Positions 19,877 through 32,776 are shown, counted from the stretch's first letter. The stretch is 64,000 bases of DNA from an uncultured Acidobacteriaceae bacterium (GCA_963744155.1 CAVUSP010000011.1:265075-329074); one strand, 5' to 3'. The notes: generated by a model from the letters alone, not told the origin. Numbers and translations: made by a program.

Positions 19877-20889
19877 GGTGCACGCGTGGCCGCTTTCTAT
19901 GGTGTAGAAGGATGAAGTTGTTTTGATATCTGACTGGCGTGTGTAGGGTTGAGCTTGTCGAACTTTGATGCGTGAGGCGGGAGAGTTGGTGCGAGTTTTT
20001 GAGCGGGGTTAGGGCGTGCGGAAGTATGGAACGGTTTCATCTGGGCCTGGTGTGTAGCTGTCTCCACAGAGAACAGCAACGCGATGATAGGGGACGATCA
20101 TTTGGCGTATACTCCCGACCACTCGGGACCTGTAATTGAAGTTCCGGCGGAAGGAGCAGCCATATGCGAATTTCTGGGAAATTCGTCGCCTCACTGAGTC
20201 TTATGGTCGGACTCGCTACCGTAGTCGTGCCCGTGAATGCGCGTGGGGATATTATCGGAGACGTTGACGAAGGAAAGCAGCTGACCATCAACGGGTTCGC
20301 GATAACGAATAACAACGCTTTCCAAGTCACGCTGGGTGGGCTGACAGAAATTGTTTTCGTCCCTAACTTTGCCGGAGACCCAGGGGACATTGTGACTTCC
20401 GTAGTTGATGTTGGAGGAACGTGCGTTCTGGGGCTGAAATTGGCGGCAGGCGCCGCGTGTACGGTCAATCTGATGTTCTCGACGCCTCCGGCTGATGTCG
20501 GCGAGCCGGTTGACTTCGGGGTGAGTCAGATCAGATTAGCTAGTGCCTTTGTTGAAGGGCCCATGTCAGCGCAGTTATTTGAGATCCAGGTGAATGATGC
20601 TCCTGTGCCGGAGCCTGAATCCGCAACGCTGGTCGGCCTAGGTATTGCAGTCCTGCTTGGTGCGAGCTGCGTTGCAAAGAAATATGGGGTCCATCCAGGG
20701 CGACCCTTCAACATGAGTGTGTAAATCCTTTTGCCAACGGAGCCTGGGAAGTCCCGTTACAGTCCCGCTTGTGCGTTTGTCCATGATTCCGCGGGCAGGC
20801 TGCGGCTACTGAGAAGAGTCATCGGACAATTGATAACATGGGTCACTGGCCGATCAACGGTTGCTGGGCGGGCGGGGCGGTGGGGTTGG
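19716..20889. repeat. 40-bp direct repeat (19716-19755 and 20850-20889) bounding an inserted segment
   Basis: CCGATCAACGGTTGCTGGGC[C/G]GG[T/C]GGGGCGGTGGGGTTGG, 38/40 identical. Confidence 0.85.
20164..20724 (+). CDS. PEP-CTERM sorting domain protein
   Basis: Signal peptide; C-terminal VPEPES, then a hydrophobic helix and KK. Confidence 0.8.
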   Translation: MRISGKFVASLSLMVGLATVVVPVNARGDIIGDVDEGKQLTINGFAITNNNAFQVTLGGLTEIVFVPNFAGDPGDIVTSVVDVGGTCVLGLKLAAGAACTVNLMFSTPPADVGEPVDFGVSQIRLASAFVEGPMSAQLFEIQVNDAPVPEPESATLVGLGIAVLLGASCVAKKYGVHPGRPFNMSV

Positions 20890-21775
20890 AGCACGCAGGA
20901 TCAGCAGGTTTGCTGGATCGTTCCCAAGCGGAATGCCGTCTTTCTCAAAGGCAAGGATGATGCGGCGGCGCAGTTCGCGGAGGACGCCATCGCGCTGGTT
21001 GGCGCGAACGCGAATCTGGATGGGATAGCTGACGGCGCGGCCCTCGATCTTGTCGACGCCCGAGGATATTGGGGTCGGCGATAGCGATGTCCTTGAAGGC
21101 GGGGTCGTTGCGGACGGCTCGGGCCACTTCGCCGAGAAGAGCGATGACCTGGTCGGGATTGGCGCTGGCGTCGACGCTGACCGCCAGCGTAGCGACGGAG
21201 TAATCGCGGGAGAAGTTGGAGACGGTGGCGATCTGGCTGTTGGGGATGAGGTAGAGGGTGCCGTCAGCGTCGCGGAGGCGGGTGCTGCGAAGCGAGAGGT
21301 CTTCGACGGTGCCCTTGACGCCGGCGATGGAAACCACCTCACCGACGTTGTACTGATCTTCGAGCAGGATAAAGATGCCGGTGAGCATGTCCTTGAAGAT
21401 GGACTGGGCGCCGAGGCCCACGCCGACGCCGATGATGCCGGCCGAGGCGAGGATGGGCTGGTAGGGGATGTCGAAGATGTTGAGCACCTGAAGGAAGGCG
21501 ATGAAGCCAAGGACGAAGATCGAGGTGGCGCGGAGAATGGACGCTATGGTGCGGAGCTGGGCGGCGCGCTGGAAGTTGCCTACCTGTTGATCCGCGCGCT
21601 TCTGCATCTTCCTGACGAAGAACAGGACGATTCGCTGAACGACCAGGACAACCAGAAGGACAACAACGACTTTCGGCAGCTTGTATCTGAGAAAAGTGAT
21701 GATGTCGTCGTGCCAGTCGTGTTCGATGGCCCGCATGATCGGTTCGTCTTGCAGGGCCAGGGCAAAAAGGTGCAT
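20843..21775 (-). CDS. mscS: Small-conductance mechanosensitive channel (frameshift near 21060, probably a second near 20895)
   Basis: GLGAQSIFKDMLTGIFILLEDQYNVGE and DGTLYLIPNSQI motifs; the tail switches frame. Confidence 0.8.
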
Positions 21776-21910
21776 GATTACGGCGTCTCGCTTTCGGGGC
21801 AGGATGTTGTAGCACAGAATGCTTCAGATATTTGTAAGATGCAATTATGGCAGCGAAGGGAGATAGGAGATAGAAGGGCCGGCTGTGGGGGCGGAGATTC
21901 GGGGGACGAT

Positions 21911-22297
21911 ATGAAAGCGGTACAAGTGGCATTGATTACAGCCGTACTGGCGACAACGGGTTCGGTGCGTTTGAGTGGGGGACAGGCATTTCCTGCGCCG
22001 CCGGGATCAAAGACAGGGCAGCAGATACCCGGGATGCCTCAGGCGGGTCGCAACAATCCGGCCGATCCGGATGCGGGCCCGTTGGATCCGCATCGTGAGG
22101 AACAGCAGGCGGCGTTGCGAAACTCAGATCGGCAGAAGCGGCTGGTGGCGGATACGGATAAGCTGCTGGTGCTGGCGACGGACCTGAAAGCGCAGGTCGA
22201 TAAGTCCACCAAGGACACGCTGTCGGTGGATGTGATCAAGAAGGCCGATGAGATCGAGAAGCTTGCCCATAGCGTGAAAGAGCGTATGAAGGGGTAA
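21911..22297 (+). CDS. Exported hypothetical protein with helical C-terminus
   Basis: ATG after GGGGG, signal-peptide-like N-terminus, RQKRLVADTDKLL..IEKLAHSVKERMKG. Confidence 0.7.
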   Translation: MKAVQVALITAVLATTGSVRLSGGQAFPAPPGSKTGQQIPGMPQAGRNNPADPDAGPLDPHREEQQAALRNSDRQKRLVADTDKLLVLATDLKAQVDKSTKDTLSVDVIKKADEIEKLAHSVKERMKG

Positions 22298-22363
22298 GAC
22301 AGGGTATAGGGTGCAGGGTTCGGAGTGTAGCAAGCACTGTAAGTTTATCTGGAACTGTTTCGG

Positions 22364-24100
22364 TTATTCTGTTGATGGAGATTGGGTTAGAGCTGCGGCC
22401 GCGTTGATCTCGGGGACGGAAAGTCCGGGGACCGCAACTGCTGAGTTGCGTAGCGCGGTAACGACCATGGCGGCGGTCCAGTCGGGGTGGGCGGCGCGGA
22501 GAAGGGCGGCGACGCCGGCGGCGAGTGGGGCAGAGGCGCTGGTTCCCATGGCTTGAACGTACGCGGTGTGGCCGAGGTTGAAGCAGCCAAAGCTGTGGGC
22601 GGAGTCGGAGGGGAGGCCGTCGGCGGTGTTGGGTTTGCCGGAACTGCATGCGCCGCGAATCCAACCGCTGACGCCGAGATCGTCTCCCGCGGGATAGCTA
22701 CCGCCGGGTGCGGCTAGCGCGTTGAGTGGAGCGCCGTAGTTGCTGTAGTAGGCGAGGGTGACGGGGGCGGGAGCGCATGTGGCTCCGGCGGTAGCGTTCT
22801 GGGCGCAGGCGGGGTTGGTGGAGGCAACGAGGGCGAGGACGTCGCGGGACTGGGCGGGGAGTTCTACGTAGCGGGGATTGGAAAGGTCGAGGCCATCGTT
22901 GCCGGCGGAGGCGACGAGGACGATGTCGGCCTGTGCCGCAGCGTAGGTGATGCGGTTGAAGGCGGCGAGGAGCCCGGCGCCGTCTCCGGTGGAGAGATCG
23001 GCGGTGGCGCCGATGGAGAGGCTAATGACGTCGGCGCGGTTGGTAATGGCGTCCTCGATGCCCTGCATGACCCAGCTGAGGAGGCCGCTGGCTTCGCCGG
23101 CTTCGCAGAGGTCGGCGGGGTTGGTGTCGCCGGTGATGGCGGCGGGCATTCGCTGGAGGACTTTGATGTTGAGGATGGTCGCGGCGGGGGCTACTCCGAT
23201 GACCTGTCCGGTGCCAGGACCTACGGCGCCGGCGGCGAGAGAGGCGGTCCATGTGCCGTGACCGGTCTGGTCCTGCGGGCTGCCGTCGTCGCAGACGCTG
23301 GGGTAGGCGGATTGGTCGACTTCAGTGAGGTTCAGGGCGAGGTTGGGGGCGATGTCTGGGTGGGTCTGGTCGACTCCGCTGTCGATGATGGCGATGCGGA
23401 CGCCTTTGCCCATGGTGGTGTCCCATGGGCCGTGCGCGGGGCCGCCGGGGACGTTGTTGCCGTAGCCGCCGACCTGCTGGACGGCCCAGCCCTGCGGGGT
23501 GTTGGTGTAGTAGGTGTCGTAGGGTGGGGGTGGGGGTGGGGGCGGCGGAGTAGCGGGAGGGGCAGTTGGAGTGGAGGGCACGGTCGTGAGGATGGGCCCG
23601 TGAGTCGGGAGTCTGCCGATGGGAGAGGTGGGGCTGGGAGACTGGCTTGGCAGGTCGACGCCGACGGAGGCCGGGGCGGTGACCGAGGCCGCGGCGCTGC
23701 TCTGGAGACGGAGGCGGTGGGCGAAGACGATGCGGTCGTGGAGAACGATGTCGACGCTGGGCTGAGCGGCGAGGCGGCGAAGGGTGGCGGCGTCGTCCTG
23801 ACTGGCGGACTCGACGGCGGCGATGCCGAGGTGTTCGTTGCGATGGGTGAGGTGGGCTCCGGTGGAGGCGATGCGGGTCTCGGCGTCGCCGGGGATGGCG
23901 GCGTTGCGATAGAGGACGAGGTAGCGGTGTGGGGCGATGCTGGTCGTGTCGATCTGTGACCAGGCGAGTTGTGCGAAGGCCAGCCGCGCGAGGAAGAGGG
24001 CTGGGACAATTGCTTGCCGAAAGAGGCGGCCGCGAAAAGGACGCGAGGTTGAGACGCGAAACTGCGGCGTAGAGACGATTGAGTTGGTGTGAACAGACAC
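22364..24100 (-). CDS. S8 family subtilase
   Basis: IIDSG, HGTW, SAGN and GTSASAP catalytic motifs; Pro-rich linker. Confidence 0.9.
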   Translation of the reverse strand: MSVHTNSIVSTPQFRVSTSRPFRGRLFRQAIVPALFLARLAFAQLAWSQIDTTSIAPHRYLVLYRNAAIPGDAETRIASTGAHLTHRNEHLGIAAVESASQDDAATLRRLAAQPSVDIVLHDRIVFAHRLRLQSSAAASVTAPASVGVDLPSQSPSPTSPIGRLPTHGPILTTVPSTPTAPPATPPPPPPPPPYDTYYTNTPQGWAVQQVGGYGNNVPGGPAHGPWDTTMGKGVRIAIIDSGVDQTHPDIAPNLALNLTEVDQSAYPSVCDDGSPQDQTGHGTWTASLAAGAVGPGTGQVIGVAPAATILNIKVLQRMPAAITGDTNPADLCEAGEASGLLSWVMQGIEDAITNRADVISLSIGATADLSTGDGAGLLAAFNRITYAAAQADIVLVASAGNDGLDLSNPRYVELPAQSRDVLALVASTNPACAQNATAGATCAPAPVTLAYYSNYGAPLNALAAPGGSYPAGDDLGVSGWIRGACSSGKPNTADGLPSDSAHSFGCFNLGHTAYVQAMGTSASAPLAAGVAALLRAAHPDWTAAMVVTALRNSAVAVPGLSVPEINAAAALTQSPSTE

Positions 24101-24352
24101 GGCTGCACCTCTTTGTTGCGCTGAGGTGTGCATCGGCTGCAAACGGAATTTGCATGAGGCGGATGGAGTTGTGTGCTATTACTTTGGTTTGTCGATTTCA
24201 CGCGAGTGACTGATCCGATGCGGCAGTGATGCGCATCGAAAACCCCGATCAGGGATGGACCAAAGGACGCATTGACCCTGTTTGTTGGCGCATGCTCTAA
24301 TTGCCGCCTTTGTGAAGCTAAGAGTATTTCTGTGTTCTAAGGAGACCGTTGC

Positions 24353-26662
24353 ATGCATGTTGTGAGCTTTTTGGCTTTGGCCGTACAGGAGCAGACGGGT
24401 ATTACGTCTGCCAATGTTGGAAGTGACGACGGCCGGTTTTATCTGTGGATTGCACTGGGAGTCGGGGTACTGGCCCTGGTGGCCGCGCTGATGCTGGCGC
24501 GTTCGGTAATCGCATCGGATACGGGCACGGTGGAGATGCAGGCGATCTCGAACGCAATTCGCGAGGGGGCGGAGGCGTTTCTGCGGCGGCAGTACAGGAC
24601 GATTGGCGGGATTGCGGTGGTGCTGGCCTTTGTCGTCTTCTTCGGCTACCGGATGTCTCCCAGGACTGAACCCTATGCGCTGAAAACGGTTGTGAGCTTT
24701 CTGGTGGGCGCGGTGTGTTCGGCGCTGGCGGGGTATACGGGGATGTACTGCTCGATCCGGGCCAATATTCGGACGGCTTCGGCGGCGCGGACAAGTCTGA
24801 ATAAGGCATTGCAGATGGCGCTGCGCGGAGGCGCGGTGACGGGGCTGGTGGTCGTGGCGCTCTCGCTGCTTGGCGTGGGAACGTTGTTTCTATTCTTTGG
24901 GGGGCTGGAGCATCCGGAGGCGGTGCCGTACCAGTTGGTTGGGTTCGGGTTTGGAGCGTCGCTGGTGGCGCTGTTTGCTCAGCTTGGCGGCGGGATCTAT
25001 ACCAAGGCCGCGGATGTGGGCGCGGACCTGGTGGGGAAGGTCGAGGCTGGGATTCCTGAGGACGATCCGCGGAACCCGGCGGTGATCGCGGATCTGGTAG
25101 GCGATAACGTGGGTGACTGTGCGGGCCGTGGAGCCGACATCTTTGAGTCGACGGCGGCGGAGAATGTGGGCGCGATGATCCTGGGTGCGGCGCTCTATCC
25201 GGTGTTTGGCGTGAAGGGGATTCTGTTTCCGCTGATTGTCCTGGCTATCAATTTGGTTGCGAGCATCGTCGGGGTCTTCGTGGTGAGTTCGACCGAGGAC
25301 GCAGACCCGATGGATGGGTTGAATCGCGGGTTTTATGTCACGTCGGCGCTGGCGCTGGCGGGATTTGCGGTCGCGGTATACACGATGCTGAATGGACCGC
25401 TGGTTCACCCGATTTGGCTTCTGGGCTGCGGAGTGATTGGTCTGATCACTTCGTTCCTGTTTGTGTGGATTACGGAGTACTACACGGAGTCACGGTACAG
25501 GCCGGTGCAGTCGATCGCGAGAGCATCGCTGACGGGACCGGCGACGAACATCATCAGCGGGTTGGCGGTTGGGATGGAGACGCCGGCGATGCCTGTGGTG
25601 GCAATCTCGGCCGCGCTGCTATTGAGTTACTACTTCGGTGTGCAGGGGCTGGCCGATGTGACGGGGATCAGCGACTACGCCAAAGGAATCTACGGGACGG
25701 CGATTGCCACGATGGGAATGTTGAGCTGTGCGGCTTACATCCTGGCGATGGATACGTTCGGACCGATCACGGACAATGCGGGGGGCATCATCGAGATGTC
25801 GCACCAGCCTGACGCGATTCGTCAGCGGACCGACAAGCTGGATTCGGCGGGCAATACGACGAAGGCTCTAACGAAGGGATATGCGGTTGGTTCGGCGTCG
25901 CTGGCGGCGTTCCTGCTGTTCTCGGCTTATCTGGAAGAGATTAAGGTGATCGTGACGGCGAAGGTTGCGGCGGCGGGCGGATACATGCCTGCCGGCTGGA
26001 GCTTCACCAACATCAATCTGGCGCAGGTTCCTGTGTTTGTCGGGGCGCTGCTGGGTGCGACGCTTACTTTTCTCTTTAGCTCAATGGCGATCAAAGCTGT
26101 GGGACGAACGGCGCAGATGGTGGTGGAGGATGTCCGGAATCAGTTCAAGGAGAATCCGGGGATCATGGCGGGCACGTCGAAGCCGGACTATGGACGATGC
26201 GTTCACATTGTGACGGGTGCGGCGCTGAAGGAGATGGTGTTGCCGGGCGCGCTGGTGGTTGGGCTGCCAGTGGCGGTCGGGCTGATCTTCCGGCATCTGA
26301 GTTCGAGCTATCAGGCCAGTTCGGCCCTCTATGCGCCGGGGGCGATTCTGCCGGTGCCGGCGATCGGCGGAGTAGCGGTGAATCTGGCGGGAGCCGAGGC
26401 GGTCGCGGGATTGTTGATGGTTGGGACGATCTCTGGCGTGCTGCTGGCAATGCTGATGAACAACGGCGGCGGCGCATGGGACAATGCGAAGAAGTTCATT
26501 GAGACGGGGCAGTACGGTGGCAAGAAGTCAGAGGCGCATAAGGCAGCGGTCGTGGGCGATACGGTTGGTGATCCATTCAAGGACACTGCGGGGCCGAGCC
26601 TACATGTGCTGATTAAGTTGCTTGCGACGATTACGTTGGTGCTGGCTCCTTTGTTTGTTTAG
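24353..26662 (+). CDS. hppA: Membrane-bound pyrophosphatase, K+-independent H+-PPase type
   Basis: GGGIYTKAADVGADLVGKVEAGIPEDDPRNP, GNTTKA and GDTVGDPFKD motifs. Confidence 0.95.
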   Translation: MHVVSFLALAVQEQTGITSANVGSDDGRFYLWIALGVGVLALVAALMLARSVIASDTGTVEMQAISNAIREGAEAFLRRQYRTIGGIAVVLAFVVFFGYRMSPRTEPYALKTVVSFLVGAVCSALAGYTGMYCSIRANIRTASAARTSLNKALQMALRGGAVTGLVVVALSLLGVGTLFLFFGGLEHPEAVPYQLVGFGFGASLVALFAQLGGGIYTKAADVGADLVGKVEAGIPEDDPRNPAVIADLVGDNVGDCAGRGADIFESTAAENVGAMILGAALYPVFGVKGILFPLIVLAINLVASIVGVFVVSSTEDADPMDGLNRGFYVTSALALAGFAVAVYTMLNGPLVHPIWLLGCGVIGLITSFLFVWITEYYTESRYRPVQSIARASLTGPATNIISGLAVGMETPAMPVVAISAALLLSYYFGVQGLADVTGISDYAKGIYGTAIATMGMLSCAAYILAMDTFGPITDNAGGIIEMSHQPDAIRQRTDKLDSAGNTTKALTKGYAVGSASLAAFLLFSAYLEEIKVIVTAKVAAAGGYMPAGWSFTNINLAQVPVFVGALLGATLTFLFSSMAIKAVGRTAQMVVEDVRNQFKENPGIMAGTSKPDYGRCVHIVTGAALKEMVLPGALVVGLPVAVGLIFRHLSSSYQASSALYAPGAILPVPAIGGVAVNLAGAEAVAGLLMVGTISGVLLAMLMNNGGGAWDNAKKFIETGQYGGKKSEAHKAAVVGDTVGDPFKDTAGPSLHVLIKLLATITLVLAPLFV

Positions 26663-26678
26663 AAGGATGGATGAGTGG

Positions 26679-26714
26679 AAGGGCGGTCCGGCTGGGTGCT
26701 GGGCCGCCCTTTTG
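26679..26714 (+). terminator. Intrinsic terminator
   Basis: AAGGGCGGTCCGG..CTGGGCCGCCCTTTT. Confidence 0.75.
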
Positions 26715-26732
26715 CTTGGATAAGGTTTCCGT

Positions 26733-27914
26733 ATGACCGAGATGGTGAAAACGGGCTGGCGCAGATGGACGCCTTCATCGGGCTGGCGCAACGACCGACG
26801 CGCGTATTGGCGATCGGTTCCCATGCGCGAGCTCCGCTATCTGATGATCGCGGTGTTTATATTGTTTGGGACAGGAGGATTTCTTGCGGATGTAACAGCG
26901 AAGGGACGGCTGCCTGTCGCGGCTGTCGTGTTATGGATAGCTGTAAGCGGTGGTTTTGCGATTCTGTACGTGATTGGATTCGCGCGGCGTCCGGTTCTAA
27001 TACCAGGAATCATCGTCTCCCAATTCATTGTCATTTTTTTTGCAGTTCGTATTACGAGCGCAATCATTGAGTCGCATCGATTTCCCGTGCCATCGATGGA
27101 GTGGGGCCTGTCGTTGTCGGTGAATGGAATTTGGGTGACGCTTGTCTCATCGTATGTCTTTTTTGTTGTATTTATTCAGACGTCTGCGAGGCGGGCGATG
27201 ATTGCGCAACGTGAGCTGGAGTTGGCGCAGGGGATTCAAGCGACGCTAGTGCCGCGAATCTCGTACCGGGATGAGAGGTTTGAAGTGTGTGCGCTGACTC
27301 TGCCGAGCGAGAAGGTGGGCGGAGATGTGGTCGATCTGGTACTGCAGGATGGAGTCTTGTTTTGCTATGTGGCTGATGTCTCGGGTCACGGGCTGCAGGC
27401 GGGCATACTGATGGGAATGGTGAAGACGGCGGGACGGACGCTGCTGCTGGATGGGTGCGGGTTGGCTGAAATGCAGAACAAGATGAATCGTGTGCTGCCG
27501 GCAGTAAAAGAGCAGAACATGTATATGACGTTTGCGGGACTGCGCTTTGCGGAGGGTGATGAGGCAGAATATGCATCGGCGGGGCATCCTCCCATGCTGC
27601 ACTGGAGGGCGGCGACGAAGGACGTTGCGGCGCTGGGTGTGGAGCAGCTTCCGATTGGGATGTTCGAGGGCGTGGTGTACGAGACGGCTCGAGTTCGGTA
27701 TGGCCGCGGCGATGTGTTTGTGATTACGACGGACGGGGTGCTGGAGGCGGAGAATGCTGCCGGAGAAGAGTTTTCGGCAAGGCGGTTGGAAGAGGTGATG
27801 CAGCGGAGCGAGGGGCTGAAGCCCGAGGAAACGGTTGATGCGATGGTGGATGCGGTGCGGAGCTTTGGAAAGCAGACGGATGATCAGACGATCCTGGTTT
27901 TGAGGGTGTTGTGA
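26733..27914 (+). CDS. Membrane-anchored PP2C/SpoIIE-type phosphatase
   Basis: N-terminal TM helices; VGGD, ADVSGHG, SAGHPP, TDGVLEA and DDQT motifs. Confidence 0.9.
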   Translation: MTEMVKTGWRRWTPSSGWRNDRRAYWRSVPMRELRYLMIAVFILFGTGGFLADVTAKGRLPVAAVVLWIAVSGGFAILYVIGFARRPVLIPGIIVSQFIVIFFAVRITSAIIESHRFPVPSMEWGLSLSVNGIWVTLVSSYVFFVVFIQTSARRAMIAQRELELAQGIQATLVPRISYRDERFEVCALTLPSEKVGGDVVDLVLQDGVLFCYVADVSGHGLQAGILMGMVKTAGRTLLLDGCGLAEMQNKMNRVLPAVKEQNMYMTFAGLRFAEGDEAEYASAGHPPMLHWRAATKDVAALGVEQLPIGMFEGVVYETARVRYGRGDVFVITTDGVLEAENAAGEEFSARRLEEVMQRSEGLKPEETVDAMVDAVRSFGKQTDDQTILVLRVL

Positions 27915-28090
27915 CTGCTGATTGGTCGGACAAATTCTGTGGAAGACCTTCCCGGTTGAGCCGATAGTTCTGCGAGTCAAGTATGGGGGGTTCCCGGTAC
28001 AATCTTGTTCGGTGCTCTGTGTTTGAGCCGCTGAGGGAAGGTGCATGGCAAGAGGTCGGATCTGGGTTGCAGGAGAGCAGGAAGACCACT

Positions 28091-30229
<2,139 letters not shown>

Positions 30230-30354
30230 TTCGAGGAGCCTCCAGGCTATTTATCCGCAACTGCCGGCCCGTTCGCGGGTCTGAGTCTTGCAGTGGTAAT
30301 TCTCTGGCTGATTGAGCTGAGCGGGTTTAGGCTGGAGCGCAAGAAGGAGCGGCT

Positions 30355-32601
30355 ATGCGATTCAGGCAGGAATCTGATCCATTTGCGATGAACCCGGTGC
30401 GGGCCTTGGTGGCGGGAGTCTTGTGTGTGTTGATGGTGCAGCAGCCGATGGTGGCGTCGGCTGCGGTGAACAAGCCGGCAGGTTCGTCGAGTCAGCAGAT
30501 TCAGGGGCAACAAAAGGTTTTGCATGTTCTGAACCGATTTACGTTCGGGCCGCGGCCTGGGGACGTTGCGGCAGTGCAGGCGATGGGTGTGCAGCGCTGG
30601 TTCGAGCAGCAGTTGAATCCTTCGAGCATCGACGATTCGGCGCTGGATGACCGGTTGGCGATGTTTCCCGCGATGAAGATGCAGCAGGCGGAGATGATTC
30701 GGCGGTATCCGAGCCCGGCGGTGCTGCGGCAGATCGAACAGAAGAATATGTCGCTGCCGTCCGATCCGGTGGAGCACGCGATCTATGCCGATGAATTGGC
30801 TTTCTACAAAGCACAAAAGGCGAAGCAAGAGGCGAATCAGGCTGCTGCAGCCCAGAATGCCAGTGCGGGTAATGGGGAGATGATGTCGCCGGCGATGGCA
30901 AACGGCGCGGACGAGGCAAGGGAAAAGAGTGCGCTGCCGGGAGATGGTGTGGACCCCGGTGTCCCGGCGATGAAGATGCATGAGGAGCAGTTCTACTCGG
31001 GCCTGGAGGCGGTGAAGATCATCAACCTGCCGCCGGATCAGCGGATGCAGCGGATTCTGGCGATGCCGCCCGCGGAGCTGATGGCGTTTCGCAAGAGTCT
31101 CAGTCAGGCTGAGTTGGCCGAGGCAGCGGAGGGTTTGACGCCGATGCAGCGGGAGACGCTGGCTGCGCTACAGGGTTCGCCGAGGATGATTGGAGCGGAG
31201 CTGCTGCAGTCGCGGATGCTGCGCGACATCTATAGCGAGCGGCAACTGGAAGCGGTGATGACGGACTTCTGGCTGAATCACTTCAACGTTTACATCAAGA
31301 AGAACCAGAACGAGCCTTACATGCTGCCTTCCTATGAGCGCGATGTGATTCGTCCGCGTGCGCTGGGCAGGTTTGAGGATCTGTTGGTGGCTACCGCAAC
31401 GAGCCCGGCGATGCTGATGTATCTGGATAACTGGCAGAGCATCGGGCCGAACTCGATCGCTGCGAGGAACGCTGCAAGGAACGCGGAGCGCGCCCAGAAT
31501 CCCCAGGCGAAGCAGGCGCTGAAGGATCGCGGATTGAACGAAAACTATGCACGTGAGCTGATGGAGCTGCATACTCTGGGCGTGCAGTGCGAGGTAAGCC
31601 AGGATCATCCGGTGAGCGCGCTGGATAAAGCCTGCGGGCAGGGATACACGCAGCAGGATGTGACCCAGGTGGCGAAGGTGCTGACGGGATGGACGATCGA
31701 TCAACCGTACCGCAGTGGCACCTACGCGTTTGAGCCCCGGCGTCATGAGCCGGGAACGAAGTATGTGATGGGCAAGCCGTTTATTGAGAGCGGCGAGACA
31801 GAAGGCTTGTTTGTGCTGCATATGCTGGCGACGAGTCCGGCGACGGCGAAGTTTATTTCTACGAAGTTAGCGGTGCGTTTTGTGAGCGACACGCCGCCAC
31901 CGGCGCTGGTGGATCGGATGTCGAAGGCGTTTTTGGCGAGTAACGGCGACATCAAGACCGTGCTGCGGACGATGTTCAACGCGCCCGAGTTCTGGGCGCC
32001 GGAGACGTACCGCGCGAAGCTGAAGACGCCGGAGGAGTTTGTGATTTCGGCGGTGCGGGCGAGCGGTGCAGAGGTAACGAATGCGCTTCCGTTAGTGCAG
32101 GCGCTTGATAAGCTTGGGATGCCTCTCTATGGAATGCAGACGCCAAACGGCTATAGCTGGATGGCAGAGCCGTGGGTGAACACCGGCGACCTGGTGAGCC
32201 GGATGAACTTTGCCCTGGGACTGAGCAGCAATCGCGTTCCGGGCGTTCAGACGGATTGGACAGCGTTGCTTGGCCAGACGGGGACGGGCGTGGAGCCCGT
32301 GGCGTTATCGACCGGTAACACGGATGACGCTACGGCAGCGAAGGAGGCGAAGCTGGAGACGTTGCTGCTGGGACAGGCGGTCAGCGACCGTACACGATCG
32401 ACTGTGCTGCAGCAGTTTCAGAATCAGGCCATGCAGCAGCAGGCGGAGAAGAGCTTCCCGATCAGAGCGAATGACGCAGAGCCTATGGCGCAGGTGCTGA
32501 ATCCGGCTGCGCTGAAGCCGCAGACTCGACCGCCGCTTGATCGTGAGGCTGCGATGATGGCGGGATTGCTGCTGGGTTCGCCGGAGTTTCAGCGCCGGTA
32601 A
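30355..32601 (+). CDS. DUF1800 family protein
   Basis: LNRFTFG, DFWLNHFNV, PAMLMYLDN, NENYARELMELHTLG and SPEFQRR motifs. Confidence 0.92.
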   Translation: MRFRQESDPFAMNPVRALVAGVLCVLMVQQPMVASAAVNKPAGSSSQQIQGQQKVLHVLNRFTFGPRPGDVAAVQAMGVQRWFEQQLNPSSIDDSALDDRLAMFPAMKMQQAEMIRRYPSPAVLRQIEQKNMSLPSDPVEHAIYADELAFYKAQKAKQEANQAAAAQNASAGNGEMMSPAMANGADEAREKSALPGDGVDPGVPAMKMHEEQFYSGLEAVKIINLPPDQRMQRILAMPPAELMAFRKSLSQAELAEAAEGLTPMQRETLAALQGSPRMIGAELLQSRMLRDIYSERQLEAVMTDFWLNHFNVYIKKNQNEPYMLPSYERDVIRPRALGRFEDLLVATATSPAMLMYLDNWQSIGPNSIAARNAARNAERAQNPQAKQALKDRGLNENYARELMELHTLGVQCEVSQDHPVSALDKACGQGYTQQDVTQVAKVLTGWTIDQPYRSGTYAFEPRRHEPGTKYVMGKPFIESGETEGLFVLHMLATSPATAKFISTKLAVRFVSDTPPPALVDRMSKAFLASNGDIKTVLRTMFNAPEFWAPETYRAKLKTPEEFVISAVRASGAEVTNALPLVQALDKLGMPLYGMQTPNGYSWMAEPWVNTGDLVSRMNFALGLSSNRVPGVQTDWTALLGQTGTGVEPVALSTGNTDDATAAKEAKLETLLLGQAVSDRTRSTVLQQFQNQAMQQQAEKSFPIRANDAEPMAQVLNPAALKPQTRPPLDREAAMMAGLLLGSPEFQRR

Positions 32602-32776
32602 GTTTTCGGCCTTGACCGGACTTAAGTGCCATTCTTTCAGGGCGATCGGCATGACAACCTTTGAATTGGGCCATGAATCGGACCAGATTGGCAACTTCCG
32701 GGTAGTACGTGCGTTTCTATAGGCAGGGGAAAGCCGGCCGTGAATCGAAACCGGTCGACTGAGGCAAGGAGTCAAC

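Noticed and set aside
21050-21910. N-terminal 287 aa of ORF 21050..22297
   Set aside because: It is the antisense shadow of mscS; the credible start is ATG 21911.
23521-23548. GGGTGG run as a G-quadruplex or tandem repeat
   Set aside because: Explained by the poly-proline linker of the S8 peptidase on the minus strand.
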